Assembly (NCBI RefSeq): GCF_009914755.1
Contig: NC_060929.1
From: the human T2T-CHM13v2.0 reference genome, Homo sapiens
Reading direction: 5' to 3' (one strand)
DNA: 64,000 bases
Shown here: one piece after another, positions 39,928 through 63,488 of the stretch
Numbering within the stretch: the stretch's first letter is position 1
How the letters are laid out: every line of letters starts with the position of its first letter
The notes under the pieces: generated by a model
What the model saw: only the letters and a program-made list of their open reading frames with translations
What the model was told of the DNA's origin: nothing
The model's database searches: none
Made by a program: the position numbers and the translations under genes

Positions 39928-41211
39928 ATTTGCCTATCACCAAGCGATGAGACCATCGCCTATAGCTGAGCAGCGAGACAATCACCTATTGCCAAGCAGT
40001 GAGTACCATTGGACCCCTTTCACTTGCTATTCTGTCCTATCTTTCCTTAGAATTCAGGGGCTAAATACCAGGCACCTGTTGGCTGGTTAAAAGTGACTAG
40101 CATGGCCGCCGGACTAAAGACACGGGTGTCAGGCTTTCTGGGAAAGGGCTCTCTAACCACCCCCGACTCTTCGGAGTTGGGAACGTTGGTTTGCCTAGAA
40201 CCAGCTTCCACTTTTCCTGTACTTCTGGGCTGAGCCGACGGTCGACGGAGAGGAAAGCCATGCAGCTCCGGGGTCCCGACAACAAGTTGGTTGACGCTGC
40301 GGCCATGAGTGGACCTCTCAAAGGCATGTCACCCAAGCGAGACTCGCCCATCTATCCTATCTATCCTGACCCTTGCCCCCTGGGTCCTAATATAAACTTT
40401 ATCTTGCCTCTCTTCTCTGAGGCTAGTCCTGCTTCTAAAAATTGCTACCTGTCTCTGGTGCTTTTCTAGTTTCTCCTATAAGAATGATTTCTAGTATAAA
40501 TTCTAAGACTCTGTTACCTGCTTTAGGCACCTAGGCTCACTAATCAGAAAGACATAACTTTTGCCCAAAGTCCTGTCATAGTGGGAACTACCTGGAATTT
40601 TAGGATCCTTCCTCAGACTAATAGGCCTAACAAATCTGTTCCTGAAGCCAGGATATGGGGAGCCTCAGAAATTGTATCCTTCCTATTCATATAAGTGAGG
40701 ACAAAAGGTGTCACTCTTCCAACCCTGGAGATCCCTTTCCTCCCTCAAGGTATGGCTCTCCACTTCATTTCTGGGGCATAACATCTTTATAGGACAGGGG
40801 TAAAGTCTCAATACTAACAGGAGAATGCTTAGGGCTCTAACAGGTTTTTGAGAATGTGTCGGTAAGGGCCACTAAATCTGATTTTTCTCGGTCAGTCCTC
40901 CTTGTGGTCTAGGAGGATAGGCAAGGGTGCAGGTTTTCGAGAATGCATCAGTAAGGACCACTAAATCCAACCTTCCTCAGTCCTCCACGTGGTCTGGGAG
41001 GAAAACTAGTGTTTCTGCTGCTACATCGGTGAGTGCAACTATTCTGATCAGCAGGGTCCAGGGACCATTGTGGCTTCTTGGGCAGGGGTTGTTTCTGCTG
41101 CTGTGTTGGTGAGCACAACTATTCCAATCAGCAGGGTCCAGGGATCGTTGCAGATTCTTAGGCAGGAGGAGAAATAAACAAACCAAAACCATGGGCGGTT
41201 TTGTCTTTCAG

Positions 41212-42670
41212 ATGGGAAACACTCCATCACCAACAGGCTCACCCTTGAAATGCATCCTAAGCCATTGGGACAAATTTGACACACAAACCCTGAAAAAGAG
41301 GCAGCTCATTTTTTTCTGCACTATGGCTTGGCCCCAATATTCTCTTTATGATGGGGAAAAATGGCCACCTGAGGGAAGTACAAATTACAATACTATTCTG
41401 CAGCTTGACCTTTTTTGTAAGAGGGAAGGCAAATGGAGTGAAATACCTTATGTTCAAGCTTTCTTTTCATTGAGGGAGAATACACAACTATGCAAAGTCT
41501 GCAATTTACATCCCTCAGGAGGACCTCTCAGCTTACCCCCATATCCTAGCCTCCCTATAGCTCCCCTTCCTATTAATGATAATCCTCCTCTAATCTCCCC
41601 TGCCCAGAAGGAAATAAGCAAAGAAATCTCCAAAGGACCACAAAAACCCCTGGGCTATCGGTTATGTCCCCTTCAAGCAGTAGGGGGAGGGAAATTTGGC
41701 CCAACCTGGGTGCATGTCCCCTTCTCCCTCTCTGATTTAAAGCAGATCAAGGCAGACCTGGGGAAGTTTTCAGATGATCCTGATAGGTATATAGATGTCC
41801 TACAGGGTCTAGAGCAAACCTTTGACCTCGCTTGGAGAGATGCCATGCTACTGTTAGATCAAACCCTGGCCTTTAATGAAAAGAATGCAGCTTTAGCTGC
41901 AGCCCAAGAGTTTGGAGATAGCTGGTATCTTACTCAAGTAAATGATAGAATGACAGCTGAAGAAAGGGACAAATTCCCTACCAGTCAGCAAGCCATCCCC
42001 AGTATGGAGCCCCCCTGGGATCTTGACTCAGATCATGGGGACTGGAGTCATAAACATCTGACCTGTGTTCTAGAAGGACTAAGGAGAATTAGAAAAAAAG
42101 CCCATAAATTATTCAATGATGTCCACCATAACTCAGGGAGAGGAAGAGAATCCTTCTGCCTTCCTCGAGTGGCTATGGGAGGCCTTAAGAAAATATACTC
42201 TCCTGTCACCCGAATCACTCGGGGGTCAATTGATTCTAAAAGATAAGATTATTACCCAATCAGCCGCAGATATCAGGAGAAAGCTCCAAAAGCAAGCCCT
42301 AGGCCCTGAACAAAATCTAGAGGCATTATTAAACCTGGCAACCTTGGTGTTCTATAATAGGGACCAAGAGGAGCAGGCCCAAAATGAAAAGTGAGATCAG
42401 AGAAAGACTGCAGCCTTAGTCATGGCCCTCAGACAAACAAAGCTTTGTGGTTCAGAGAGGACAGAAAATGAAGCAGGCCAATCACCTGGTAGGGCTTGTT
42501 ATAAGTGTAGTTTACTAGGACACTTTAAAAAAGATTGTCTAATGAGAAACAAGCTGCACCCTCATCCATGCCCAGTATGCAGAGGCAATCACTGGAAGGT
42601 GCACTGCCCCAGAGGACGAAGGTTCCCTGGGTCAGAAGCCCCCAACCAGATGATCCAACAACAGGACTGA
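41212..42670 (+). pseudogene. gag: HERV9 gag (frameshift ~42100, stop 42392-42394)
   Basis: MGNTPS myristoylation start, [17 protein letters not shown], zinc knuckles CYKCSLLGHFKKDC and CPVCRGNHWKVHC. Confidence 0.92.
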
Positions 42671-43025
42671 TGGTGCCTGGGCAAGCGCCAGCTCATGTCA
42701 TCAACCTCACTGAGCCCCGGGTATGTTTAATTATTGAGGGCCAGGAAATTGACTTCCTCCTGGACACTGGTGCGGCCTTCTCAGTGTTAATCTCCTGTCC
42801 TGGACGACTGTCCTCAAGGTCCATTACCATCCGAGGAATCCTGGGACAGCCTGTAACCAGGTATTTCTCCCACCTTCTCAGTTGTAATTGGGAGACTTTG
42901 CTTTTTTCACATGCATTTCTTGTTATGCCTGAAAGTCCCACACCCTTATTAGGGAGGGATATATTAGCCAAGGCTGGAGCTATTATCTACAAGAATATGG
43001 GGAACAAGTTACCCATTTGTTGTCC
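42671..43025 (+). pseudogene. pro: HERV9 protease
   Basis: FLLDTGAAFSVL active site and PLLGRDIL motif. Confidence 0.9.
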
Positions 43026-44855
43026 CTACTTGAGAAGGGAATCAACCCTGAAGTCTGGACATTGGAGAGACAATATGGAAGGGCAAAAAATGCCCTACCA
43101 GTCCAAATCAGGTTAAAAGATCCCACCACTTTTCCTTATCAAAGGCAATATCTCTTAAGGCCTGAAGCTCATAAAGGATTACAGAATATAGTTAAACATT
43201 TGAAAGCTCAAGGCTTATTAAGGGAATGCAGCAGTCCCTGCAACACCCCAATTCTAGGAGTACAAAAACTGAATGGTCAGTGGAGACTAGGGCAGGATCT
43301 TAGACGCACTAATGAGGCAGTAATTCCACTATATCCAGTTGTACCCAACCCTTATACCCTGCTCTCTCAAATACCAGAGGAAGCAGAATGGTTCATGGTT
43401 CTGGACCTCAAGGATGCCTTCTTCTGTATTCCCCTGCACTCTGATTCCCAGTTTCTCTTTGCTTTTGAGGATCCCACAGAACACACATCCCAACTTATGT
43501 GGACGGTCTTGCCCCAAGGGTTTAGGGATAGCCCTCATCTGTTTGGTCAGGCACAGGCCCAAGATCTAGGCCACTTCTCAAGTCCACGCACTCTGATCCT
43601 TCAATATGTGGATAATTTACTTTTGGCTACCAGTTTGGAAGCCTCGTGCCAGCAGGCTATTCTAAATCTCTTGAACTTTCTAGCTAATCAAGGGTACAAG
43701 GTGTCTAGGTCAAAGGCCCAGCTTTGCCTACAGCAGGTAAAATATCTAGGCCTAATCTTAGCCAAAGGGACCAAGGCCCTCAGCAAGGAACGAATACAGC
43801 CTATACTGGCTTATCCTCACCCTAAGACATTAAAACAGTTGAGGGGGTTCCTTGGAATTACTGGCTTTTGCCAACATGGATCCCCAGATACAGCAAGATA
43901 GCCAGGCCCCTCTATACTCTAATCAAGGAAACCCAGAGGGCAAATACTCATCTAGTCAAATGCGAACCAGAGGCAGAAACAGCCTTCAAAACCTTAAAGC
44001 AGGCCCTAGTACAAGCTCCAGCTTTAAGCCTTCCCACAGGACAGAACTTCTCTGTATACATCACAGAGAGAGCTGGGATAGCTCTTGGAGTCCTTACTCA
44101 GACTCAGGGGACTACCCCACAACCAGTGGCATACATAAGTAAGGAAACTGATGTAGTAGCAAAAGGCTGGCATCACTGTTTAAGGGTAGTTGCAGCAGTG
44201 GCCATCTTAGTGTCAGAGTCTATCAAAATAATACAAGGAAAGGATCTCACTGTCTGGACTACTCATGATGTAAATGACATAGTAGGTGCCAAAGGAATTT
44301 TATGGCTATCAGACAACCACCTACTTAGATACCAGGCACTACTCCTTGAGGATGGTGCTTCAAATATGAACGTGCATGGCCCTCAACCCTGCCACTTTTC
44401 TCCCAGAGGATGGGGAACTCATCGAGCATGACTGCCAACAAATTGTAGTCCAGACTTATGCCACCCAAGATGATCTCTTAGAAGTTCCATTAACTAATCC
44501 TGACCTTAACTTATATACCGATGGAAGTTCAGTTGTGGAGAATGGGATACAAAGGGCAGGTTACACCATAGTTAGTGATGTAACCATACTTGAAATTAAG
44601 CCTCTTGCCCTAGGGACCAGTGCCCAGTTAGCAGAACTAGTGGCACTTACCCGAGCCTTAGAACTGGGAAAAGGAAAAAGAATAAATGTGTATAGAGATA
44701 GCAAGTATGCTTATCTAATCCTACATGCCCATGCTGCAATATGGAAAGAGAGGGAGTTCCTAACCTCTGGGGAAACCCCCATTAAATGCCACAAGGAAAT
44801 TATAGAGTTATTGCATGCAATGCAAAAACACAAACAGGTGGGAATCTTTCACTGA
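43017..44855 (+). pseudogene. pol: HERV9 pol RT and RNase H, frameshifted, integrase absent
   Basis: LDLKDAFF, LPQGFRDSP, YVDN (catalytic YVDD mutated), RNase H YTDGSS / AELVAL / DSKYA. Confidence 0.92.
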
Positions 44856-44869
44856 CAAAGCCATCAAAA

Positions 44870-45092
44870 TGGGAAGGAGAGGGGAGAACAGCAGCATAAG
44901 CAGCTGGCAGAGGCAGCAGAAAGGAAAGAAAGGGACAGGAAGCTCAAAGAAAGACACAGAGAGGAAGAGACAAAGAAGAAGTCAGAGAGAAAGAGAAACA
45001 GACAAAGAAAGTCAAAGAGAGAGTTAAAAAGAGAAGAAGAGACAAAGAAGTCGAAGAGAGAAAGACAGAGATGGAAGTAGTAAAGAAAAAAC
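44870..45092. repeat. AG-rich tract between pol and env remnants
   Basis: Purine-rich low-complexity sequence seen directly. Confidence 0.8.
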
Positions 45093-45093
45093 A

Positions 45094-45794
45094 GTGTACC
45101 CTATTCCTTTAAAAGCCAGGATAAATTTCTATCTACCCAGCCAAGGCATATTCTACTTATGTGGATCTTCAACCTATATCTGCCTCTCAAACAGTTTGCA
45201 AGAAATAATGAAATCCTTCCTTATTTTACAATCCCAAATAAACTCTTTGGCAGCAGTGACTCTCCAAAACCACTGAGGCCTAGACCTCCTCACTGCTGAG
45301 AAAGGAGGACTCTGCACCTTCTTAGGGGAAGAGTGTTGTTTTTACACTAACCAGTCGGGAATAGTACAAGATGCTGCCCAGCATTTACAGGAAAAGACTT
45401 CTGAAATCAGACAACGCCTTTCAAATTCTTATACCAACTTCTGGAGTTGGGCAACATGGCTTCTCCCCTTGCTAGGTCCCATGGCAGCTACCTTGATGTT
45501 ACTTGACTTTGGGCCCTGTATTTTTAACCTTCTTGTCAAATTTGTTTCCTCTAGAATCAAGGCCATCAAGCTACAGATGGTCTTACAAATGGAAGCCCAA
45601 ATGAGTTCAACTAACAACTTCTACCGAGGACCCATGGACCGACCCACTGGCACTTCCTCTGGCATAGAGAGTTCCTCTCTGAAGGACACTACAAATGCAG
45701 AGCCCCTTTTTCACCCCATCCAGCAGGAAGTAGCTAGAGCAGGCATTGGCCAAATTCCCAACAGCAGTTGGGGTGTCCTGTTTAGACGGGGGAT
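45094..45794 (+). pseudogene. env: HERV9 env remnant (TM subunit)
   Basis: SLAAVTLQNH*GLDLLTAEKGGLC immunosuppressive domain, CX6CC (CTFLGEECC), cytoplasmic tail FGPCIFNLLVKFVSSRI; polypurine tract agacggggga before the 3' LTR. Confidence 0.9.
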
Positions 45795-47130
45795 TGAGAG
45801 GTGACAGCGTGCTGGCAGTCCTCACAGCCCACGCTCACTCTCGGCACCTCCTCTGCCTGGACTCCACTTTGACAGCACTTGAGGAGCCCCTCAGCACACC
45901 ACTGCACTGTGGGAGCCCCTTTCTGGGCTGGCCAAGGCTGGAGCTGGCTCCCTCAGCTTGCAGGAAGGTGTGGAGGGAGAGGTGCGAGTGGGAACTGGGG
46001 CTGCGCATGGCGCTTGCGGGCCAGCTGGAGTTCTGGGTGGGTGTGGGCTTGGCGGGCCCCACACTCGGAGCAGCCAGCCAGCCCTGCCAGCCCAGGCAAT
46101 GAGGGGCTTAGCACCCAGGCCAGCAGCTGCGGAGGGTGTACTGGGTCCCCAGCAGTGCCAGCCCACCGGCACTGCACTCGATTTCTCACTGGACCTTAGC
46201 TGCCTTCCTGCGGGGCAGGGCTTGGGACCTGCAGCCCACCATTCCTGAGCCTCCTACCCCCTCCGTGGGCTCCTGTGTGGCCCAAGCCTCCCCGATGATC
46301 GCCACCCCCTGCTCCATGGTGCCCAGTCCCATCGACCACCCAAGGGCTGAGGAGTGAGGGTGCACAGTGCGGGACTGGCAGGCAGCTCCACCTGCAGCCT
46401 CAGTGCAGGATCCACTGAGTGAAGCCAGCTGGGGTCCTGAGTCTGGTGGGGACATGGAGAAACTTTATGTCTAGCTAAGGGATTGTAAATACACCAATCA
46501 GCACCCTGTATCTAGCTCAGGGTTTGTGAAGGCACCAATTGACACTCTGTATCTAGCTAATCTGGTGGGGACATGGAGAACCTTTGTGTCTAGCTCAGGA
46601 ATTGAAAACGCACCAATCAGCACCCTGTCAAAACAGACCACTCAGCTCTACCAATCAGCAGGATGTGGGTGGGGCCAGATAAGAGAATAAAAGCAGGCTG
46701 CCCGAGTCAGCAGTGGCAACCCACTCGGGTCCCCTTCCACACTGTGGAAGCTTTGTTCTTTCACTCTTTGCAATAAATCTTGCTACTGCTCACTCTTTGG
46801 GTCCATACTGCTTTTATGAGCTGTAACACTCACCATGAAGGTCTGCAGCTTCACTCCTGAAGCCAGCAAGACCACGAGCCCACCAGGAGGAATGAACAAC
46901 TCCAGATGTGCTGCGTTAAGAGCTGTAACACTCACTGCAAAGGTCTGCAGCTTCACTCCTGAGCCAGCGAGACCATGAACCCAGCAGAAGGAAGAAACTC
47001 CGAACACATCCGAACATCAGAAGGAACAAACTCCAGACACGCCACCTTAAGAGCTGTAACACTCACCGTGAGGGTCCATGGCTTCATTCTTGAAGTCAGT
47101 GAGACCAAGAACCCACCAATTCCAGATGTA
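45795..47130 (+). promoter_or_regulatory. 3' LTR12 (1336 bp), three CCAAT-type repeat units
   Basis: tgagaggtgacagcgtgctggc...ccaattccagatgta; colinear with the 5' LTR. Confidence 0.93.
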
Positions 47131-50575
<3,445 letters not shown>

Positions 50576-50790
50576 AATGAGAACACATGGACACAGGAAG
50601 GGGGACATCACACACTGGGGACTGTTTTGTGGGGTGGGGGAAGGGGGGAGGGATAGCATTAGGATATATACCTATTGTTAAATGATGAGTTAATGGGTGC
50701 AGCACAGCAACATGGCACATGCATACATATGTAACTAACCTGCAGGTTGTGCACATGTACCCTAAAACTTGAAGTATAATTTTAAAAAAT

Positions 50791-51140
50791 TGAAAAATAT
50801 TTTCATTTAAATGATAATAAGAAAACATAATATATTAAAACTTATAGGATTCCACTAAAACATTCCTTAGAGGGAAATTTATGACATTAAATGAATATGT
50901 GTTCTTGATGAGTATTCATGCAAAAATCCTCCACAAAATGTGAATAAAATCCAGCAGCACATAATAAAGCTGATACACCACAACCAACTCAGCTTTATCC
51001 CTAGGATGCATGGTTGGTTCAACATACCCAAATGTGATTCATCACATACAGATAACTAAAGACAGAAACCATATTTTAATCTCAATAGATGCAGAAAAGG
51101 TTTTCAATGAAATTCAACACCTCTTCAAAAAAAAAAAAAA
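50791..51140 (+). other. 3' transduced flank carried by the L1PA, ending in a second poly(A)
   Basis: Lies between the L1 3'UTR end and the A-run at 51127-51142 that precedes the 19-bp right TSD. Confidence 0.88.
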
Positions 51141-52149
51141 AAGAAAGAATTAGTGAACTCAAAGATAAGAAAACAACAGACTTGAACAATGCTACAGGCC
51201 AAATTTACCTCAGAGATCTGTAATAAACATTCCTCTCACTAGTGGCAGAATCTGCATTCTTCTCAAGTAAACACGGAATATTCTACAGGATATGTCACAT
51301 ATTAGGTCACAAAACAAGTTTTAACAAACTTAAGATTGAAATGAAACCAGGTATCTTTTCTGAGCACCATGAAATTAAACTACATACTATAAATGGTAAT
51401 AAAATAAATGGGACACACACAAAAAATGAAGTTACCCAATGCTCATGAGTTGAAAGAATCAATAGTGTTAACTTGTCCATACTACCCAAAGTGTTCAACA
51501 CATTCAATGCAATCCCCATCAAAATTCCAGCTGAATTAATTATATTTCTTTACTGAAGTTAAAACAGAAATATAGATCAATGGAACAGAATAGAGAGCCC
51601 AGAAATAAAATCATGCATATACAACCAACCGATCTTCAAAAAGGGTGCCAAGAATACACAATGGGGTAAAACAGTCTCTTCCACAAATAGTGTTAGGAAA
51701 ACCAGATACTCACATGCGGAAGAATAAATTGGACTCTCATCTCACACCATATATAAAAATCACCTCAAAATAAAGGCTTAAATGTAAGACCCCAAACTGT
51801 AAAACTCTTAGTACACATAGGGGGAAAGCTTCTGGATGTTGGTCTTGACAATGATTTCCTGTATAAGACAAAAGCCCAGGTAATAACAACAAAAATGAAC
51901 AAGTGAAACTCCTTTAGACTAAATAGCTTCTGTATAGCAAAAGAACCAATCAACAGAGTGAAAAGGCAGCCTATAGAATGGGTTAAAATATTTGCAAACC
52001 ACATATCCAGTAATGGATTAATCTCCAAATATATAAGGAACTTCTACAACTCATTATCAGAAAATAATTTTAATGAGCAAAGGATTTGAATAGACATTTC
52101 TCCAAAGATGACATACAAATGGCCAAAAAATATATAAAAAAGCATTCAA

Positions 52150-52455
52150 ACTGGGCTCAGTGGCTTACACCTATAATCCAACACTTTGGAAATCTGAGGT
52201 GAGAGGATCACTTGAGCCCAGGAGTTCGAGACCAGTCTGGGCAACATAGTGAGACCCTATCTCTACAAAACATTTAAAAATTAGCCAAGCATGGTGGTAC
52301 ACGCCTGTAGTCCCAGTTACTCAGGAAGCTGAGGCAGGAGGATCACTCGAGTCCAGGAGATTGAGGTTGCAGCAAGCTGTGTTTGCACCACTATACTCCA
52401 GCTGGGTGGCACAGTGAGACCCTGTCTCAAAAAAAAAAAAAAAAAAAAAAAAAAA
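52150..52455 (+). mobile_element. Full-length AluJ with long A tail
   Basis: gaggatcacttgagcccaggagttcgagaccagtctgggcaacatagtgagaccc; A run to 52455. Confidence 0.92.
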
Positions 52456-53065
52456 TTCAACATCATTAGTCATCAGGGAAATGTCAATCACCTCACACCT
52501 TTAGGATGACTCTTAAAAAACAAGTGCTGTTGAGGATGTGGAAAACTTGGCACTCTTATACACTGTTGATGGGAATAGTTGATGCAGCCACTATGGAAAG
52601 CAATATGGAGGTTCCTCACAAAAGTAAAAATAGAATAACTATATGATCCAGCAACCCCACTTCTGGGTATATATCCAATAGAATTGAAATCAGGAACTCA
52701 AAGGAATTTCTGCATTCTTACGTTCACTGCAGCATTATTAGCAACACGCAAGATTTCAAAACAATCTAAATGTCCCTCAGTAGATGAATGGATAAAGAAA
52801 ATGTGATATATACATACAGTGAAATATTATTTAGCTCTTAAAAAAATTCTACCATATGTAAGAACATGGATAAACCTGAAGGATATTGTGCTAAGTGAGA
52901 TAGCCAGAACAAATGCTGTATGATGCCACTTATCTGAGCTATCTAACGTTAAGTCAATCTCATAGAAGTAAAATGGTGGTCACTAGGAGCTGGGGGAAGG
53001 GTAAATGGGAAGTTGTTGACCAAAGTTTCACTTATGCAAGACAAATAAGATATAAAGACAAATAA

Positions 53066-53273
53066 GGTGAGAATCTGTCTCTACAAAATATTGTAAAAAT
53101 TAGCCAGATGTGGTGGCATGCAACTGTGGTCCAAACTACTCAAGAGGCTGAAGTGGGAGGATTGCTTGAGCTGGGGAGATTGAGCCTGCAGTGAGTAGTG
53201 TTCACTCCACTGCACTCCAGCCTGGGCAACAGAGCAAGACCCTGTCTCAAAAAAAAAAAAAAAAAAAAAAAAA
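53066..53273 (+). mobile_element. 5'-truncated AluJ
   Basis: tgtctctacaaaa...ggaggattgcttgagc...gaccctgtctc plus poly(A). Confidence 0.9.
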
Positions 53274-54394
53274 GAGATCTGGTGTACAACAGCGTGCCTA
53301 TACTTGACAATACTGTATTGTGCACTTAAAAATTTGTTAAGAAAGTAAATCTCAAGTTCAGTGTTTCTACCACAATAAAAAAAAACTAAAAATTAAAAAG
53401 AAACTTTGGTTTCTCTTTAGATAAACATACTTATGTTTATGTTTTAAATTACCATATTTTATATTTAGGCTAAAGGTTTTTGTTTACCCCAATTCAGGAG
53501 ACTTCAGAACGTAAAGCAGAATTAGAGTATCATTTGATAATTGTTTTCAGAATCTCAAAAGTTTTAGAAGCATAACATTTTTTCACTGCACAATTTTAAT
53601 GCTTTCAGCACTACCTGCATCAGCAAAGCACACAGGCTGGCTCATGGTACTATCAGACAGGTGTCCATCTCACTCATAAACACGTGCTGCTGAATGTTAT
53701 CTCTAGCCACAAACTGTCTCCTGCCATTGCAAATCATTGTGAACCTTGATTAAACACTCTTATCTCCTGCACCACATTTTAGCTACTATAATGGTTCCAG
53801 AACCCCTATTCACAGAAATAAATATGAGTAAATGTAGTTATTATAGGGAGGTGACATGAATGTGAATATTTACTCTGGGGTTTTGTGTGTACAGATATAT
53901 TTTAGTAAGTGTGAAAGGTTTTGATTCAAACTTGAAAATGTACTTATTTCCAAAATAAAATAATCTTTTTTTTTCCCACTATAAAGCAGTTATTTTAGCT
54001 ATGGCTAGATACAATGAGAGATTTAATATATACAATTTCTTTCTCTTATGTAGCTACAGTAACACAAAACAAAGATTATTCTCAAATGATCTTTATCAAG
54101 TTTATACATAAATATTGTCAATCATTCAATGATGAAAGGACATTTTAAAACCTGCATTGTCATTTAAATAGATATAAGAAAGACTTTTATTTTTTTTTCT
54201 TGCAAGGACTATCTGGTAAGACATCTGAGAACATGGGCTTGTAACTGACTCTGTACTTTGCTTTTATGCCAATAGTTTCAGTTGATAGTTTAGGTTGATT
54301 TTCTACCTAAACCAATAATAAAGAAGTAAAAAAAATCCATATTCTTTTCTAATATTAACCATTTAATGCTTAGACTAATGAATTGATTCAAACA

Positions 54395-55930
<1,536 letters not shown>

Positions 55931-56037
55931 CTACCACTTTTTAAATTATAATTTTAAAAACCATAAAATTTCCCATGGTTAAGATGAACTATTTTTAAGT
56001 GTACAGTTTAGTAATGTTAAGTATATTTGCATTGGTG

Positions 56038-62250
<6,213 letters not shown>

Positions 62251-63224
62251 ACCCAGAACAACAAGAAAATTTGTTCTCTGCATCATTTTAACTTAAAATA
62301 TCTATTTTTATGAAGTTCGCTACTGCCTTTTAAATTGTTCAAATATATTTTGGGACACTTTGAAAATTCCTTTCTGAAAGACTTTTGGTTCGATGTGTTA
62401 AACTAGAGTCCCAGCTCTAGGTGCACTTTTTCACTGGGCTTGAGAAGGACATATTGTTCAACATGATTTAAATTATTTGTGAGTATACACAAAGAAAAAA
62501 AAAACTAGTGTTTTCTGTTTAGTGCCTTTATATTCTCTTTTAAACCACTATTAAAAATAAAAAGCATGACAATGTTTTTCAATACTTAACTTTTTAATTC
62601 ACTAAGTACTATTTTATTCAATTTAATTGCATATTAGATGTATCTTTTCAGTTACATGCAACAGAAAATATTTTTTAAACATTCCTATATAGACATTTTC
62701 TGTGCTATTTACACAGTACAGAAAGCCCTCAATGAGAATTTAGGCACATATGCTTACAAAGGAAAAAATTATAATTATTAGAAAGTATGTCAAAATAAAT
62801 CCATGATCCTTGATTTAAATAAAACTAAAGATTATGATCATATTTCTTTCTTTAAAAGTACAAAGACAGTTAATAAAATGTGATAGTTACAAACATGTAT
62901 GTTTGTAACTATGATTTTGCAGCATTAAATAGTATTGTTACATATGTAATAAATCTAACATTGTGCTACATTATTTTCTAAAGTAAATTAAAAATTAAAT
63001 AGCAAAATCAGTTTTTATAAACAAAGTTTTTGAACATAATAAGCCAACACATAAAAATAATATACATAGTTGTTGCAGGTTAATCTTGTGATTAAAAGTA
63101 ATTTTGACAACATTATTCATGAATTATTTTCACTGACTTCATAAGAAAATTTTATCATAAAAGCACAATCACACATTCATGATTCACTGAGAATCACACA
63201 GACATTATTATTATGACACATGAA

Positions 63225-63348
63225 TCAGAAGATATGCAAGCCCAAAGAATTCTCGAGTGCATTCCATAGGCCAGCAAAAACATGACTTTCTTTGCCAGCT
63301 TCTCTTACAATCTGTGAATCATACTTTTGAATGCCAATAAATCTCAAC
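63225..63348 (-). CDS. Weak candidate terminal coding exon, unidentified
   Basis: AG at 63350-63349 then an open frame LRFIGIQKYDSQIVREAGKESHVFAGLWNALENSLGLHIF* in non-repeat DNA; polypyrimidine tract is weak. Confidence 0.2.
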
Positions 63349-63441
63349 CTATTAGATGCTTTTGGAAATTAATAAAACTTTAAGCTTACTAAACTGTCTC
63401 ATTATAGGCAGTTTATAGTGAGACTCTCCTGACATTTACTT

Positions 63442-63488
63442 AAAATGGCTATTTCCCTATGTTTACTACTAAAAATGGCTATTTCCCT
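63442..63488. repeat. Short direct repeat aaaatggctatttccct x2, period 30
   Basis: Seen at 63442-63458 and 63472-63488. Confidence 0.85.

Larger units (their letters stand above)
38409..47130 (+). mobile_element. HERV9 (ERV9) provirus with two LTR12 (LTR12C-like) LTRs; integrase and most of env SU deleted
   Basis: Paired LTRs, tRNA-Arg PBS, gag/pro/RT/RNase H/env TM remnants, PPT; 4-bp TSD ctta at 38405-38408 and 47131-47134; L1 ORF2 resumes exactly. Confidence 0.96.
51160..53400 (+). mobile_element. Old L1MA-type element, 3' part (continuation of 34785-35931), with large internal deletions
   Basis: gaactcaaagataag continues the ORF1 phrase; ORF2 fragments; L1MA-type end gtgtttctaccacaataaaa. 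Confidence 0.8.

Noticed and set aside
40840-41170. Two pairs of 80-90 bp tandem repeats in the HERV9 leader
   Set aside because: As I recall these are part of the normal HERV9/HERV-W-type leader, not locus-specific
41191-42246. 351-aa gag ORF as a possibly co-opted gene
   Set aside because: Frameshift before the major homology region, nearby stop and generally neutral decay; no evidence of selection from sequence alone
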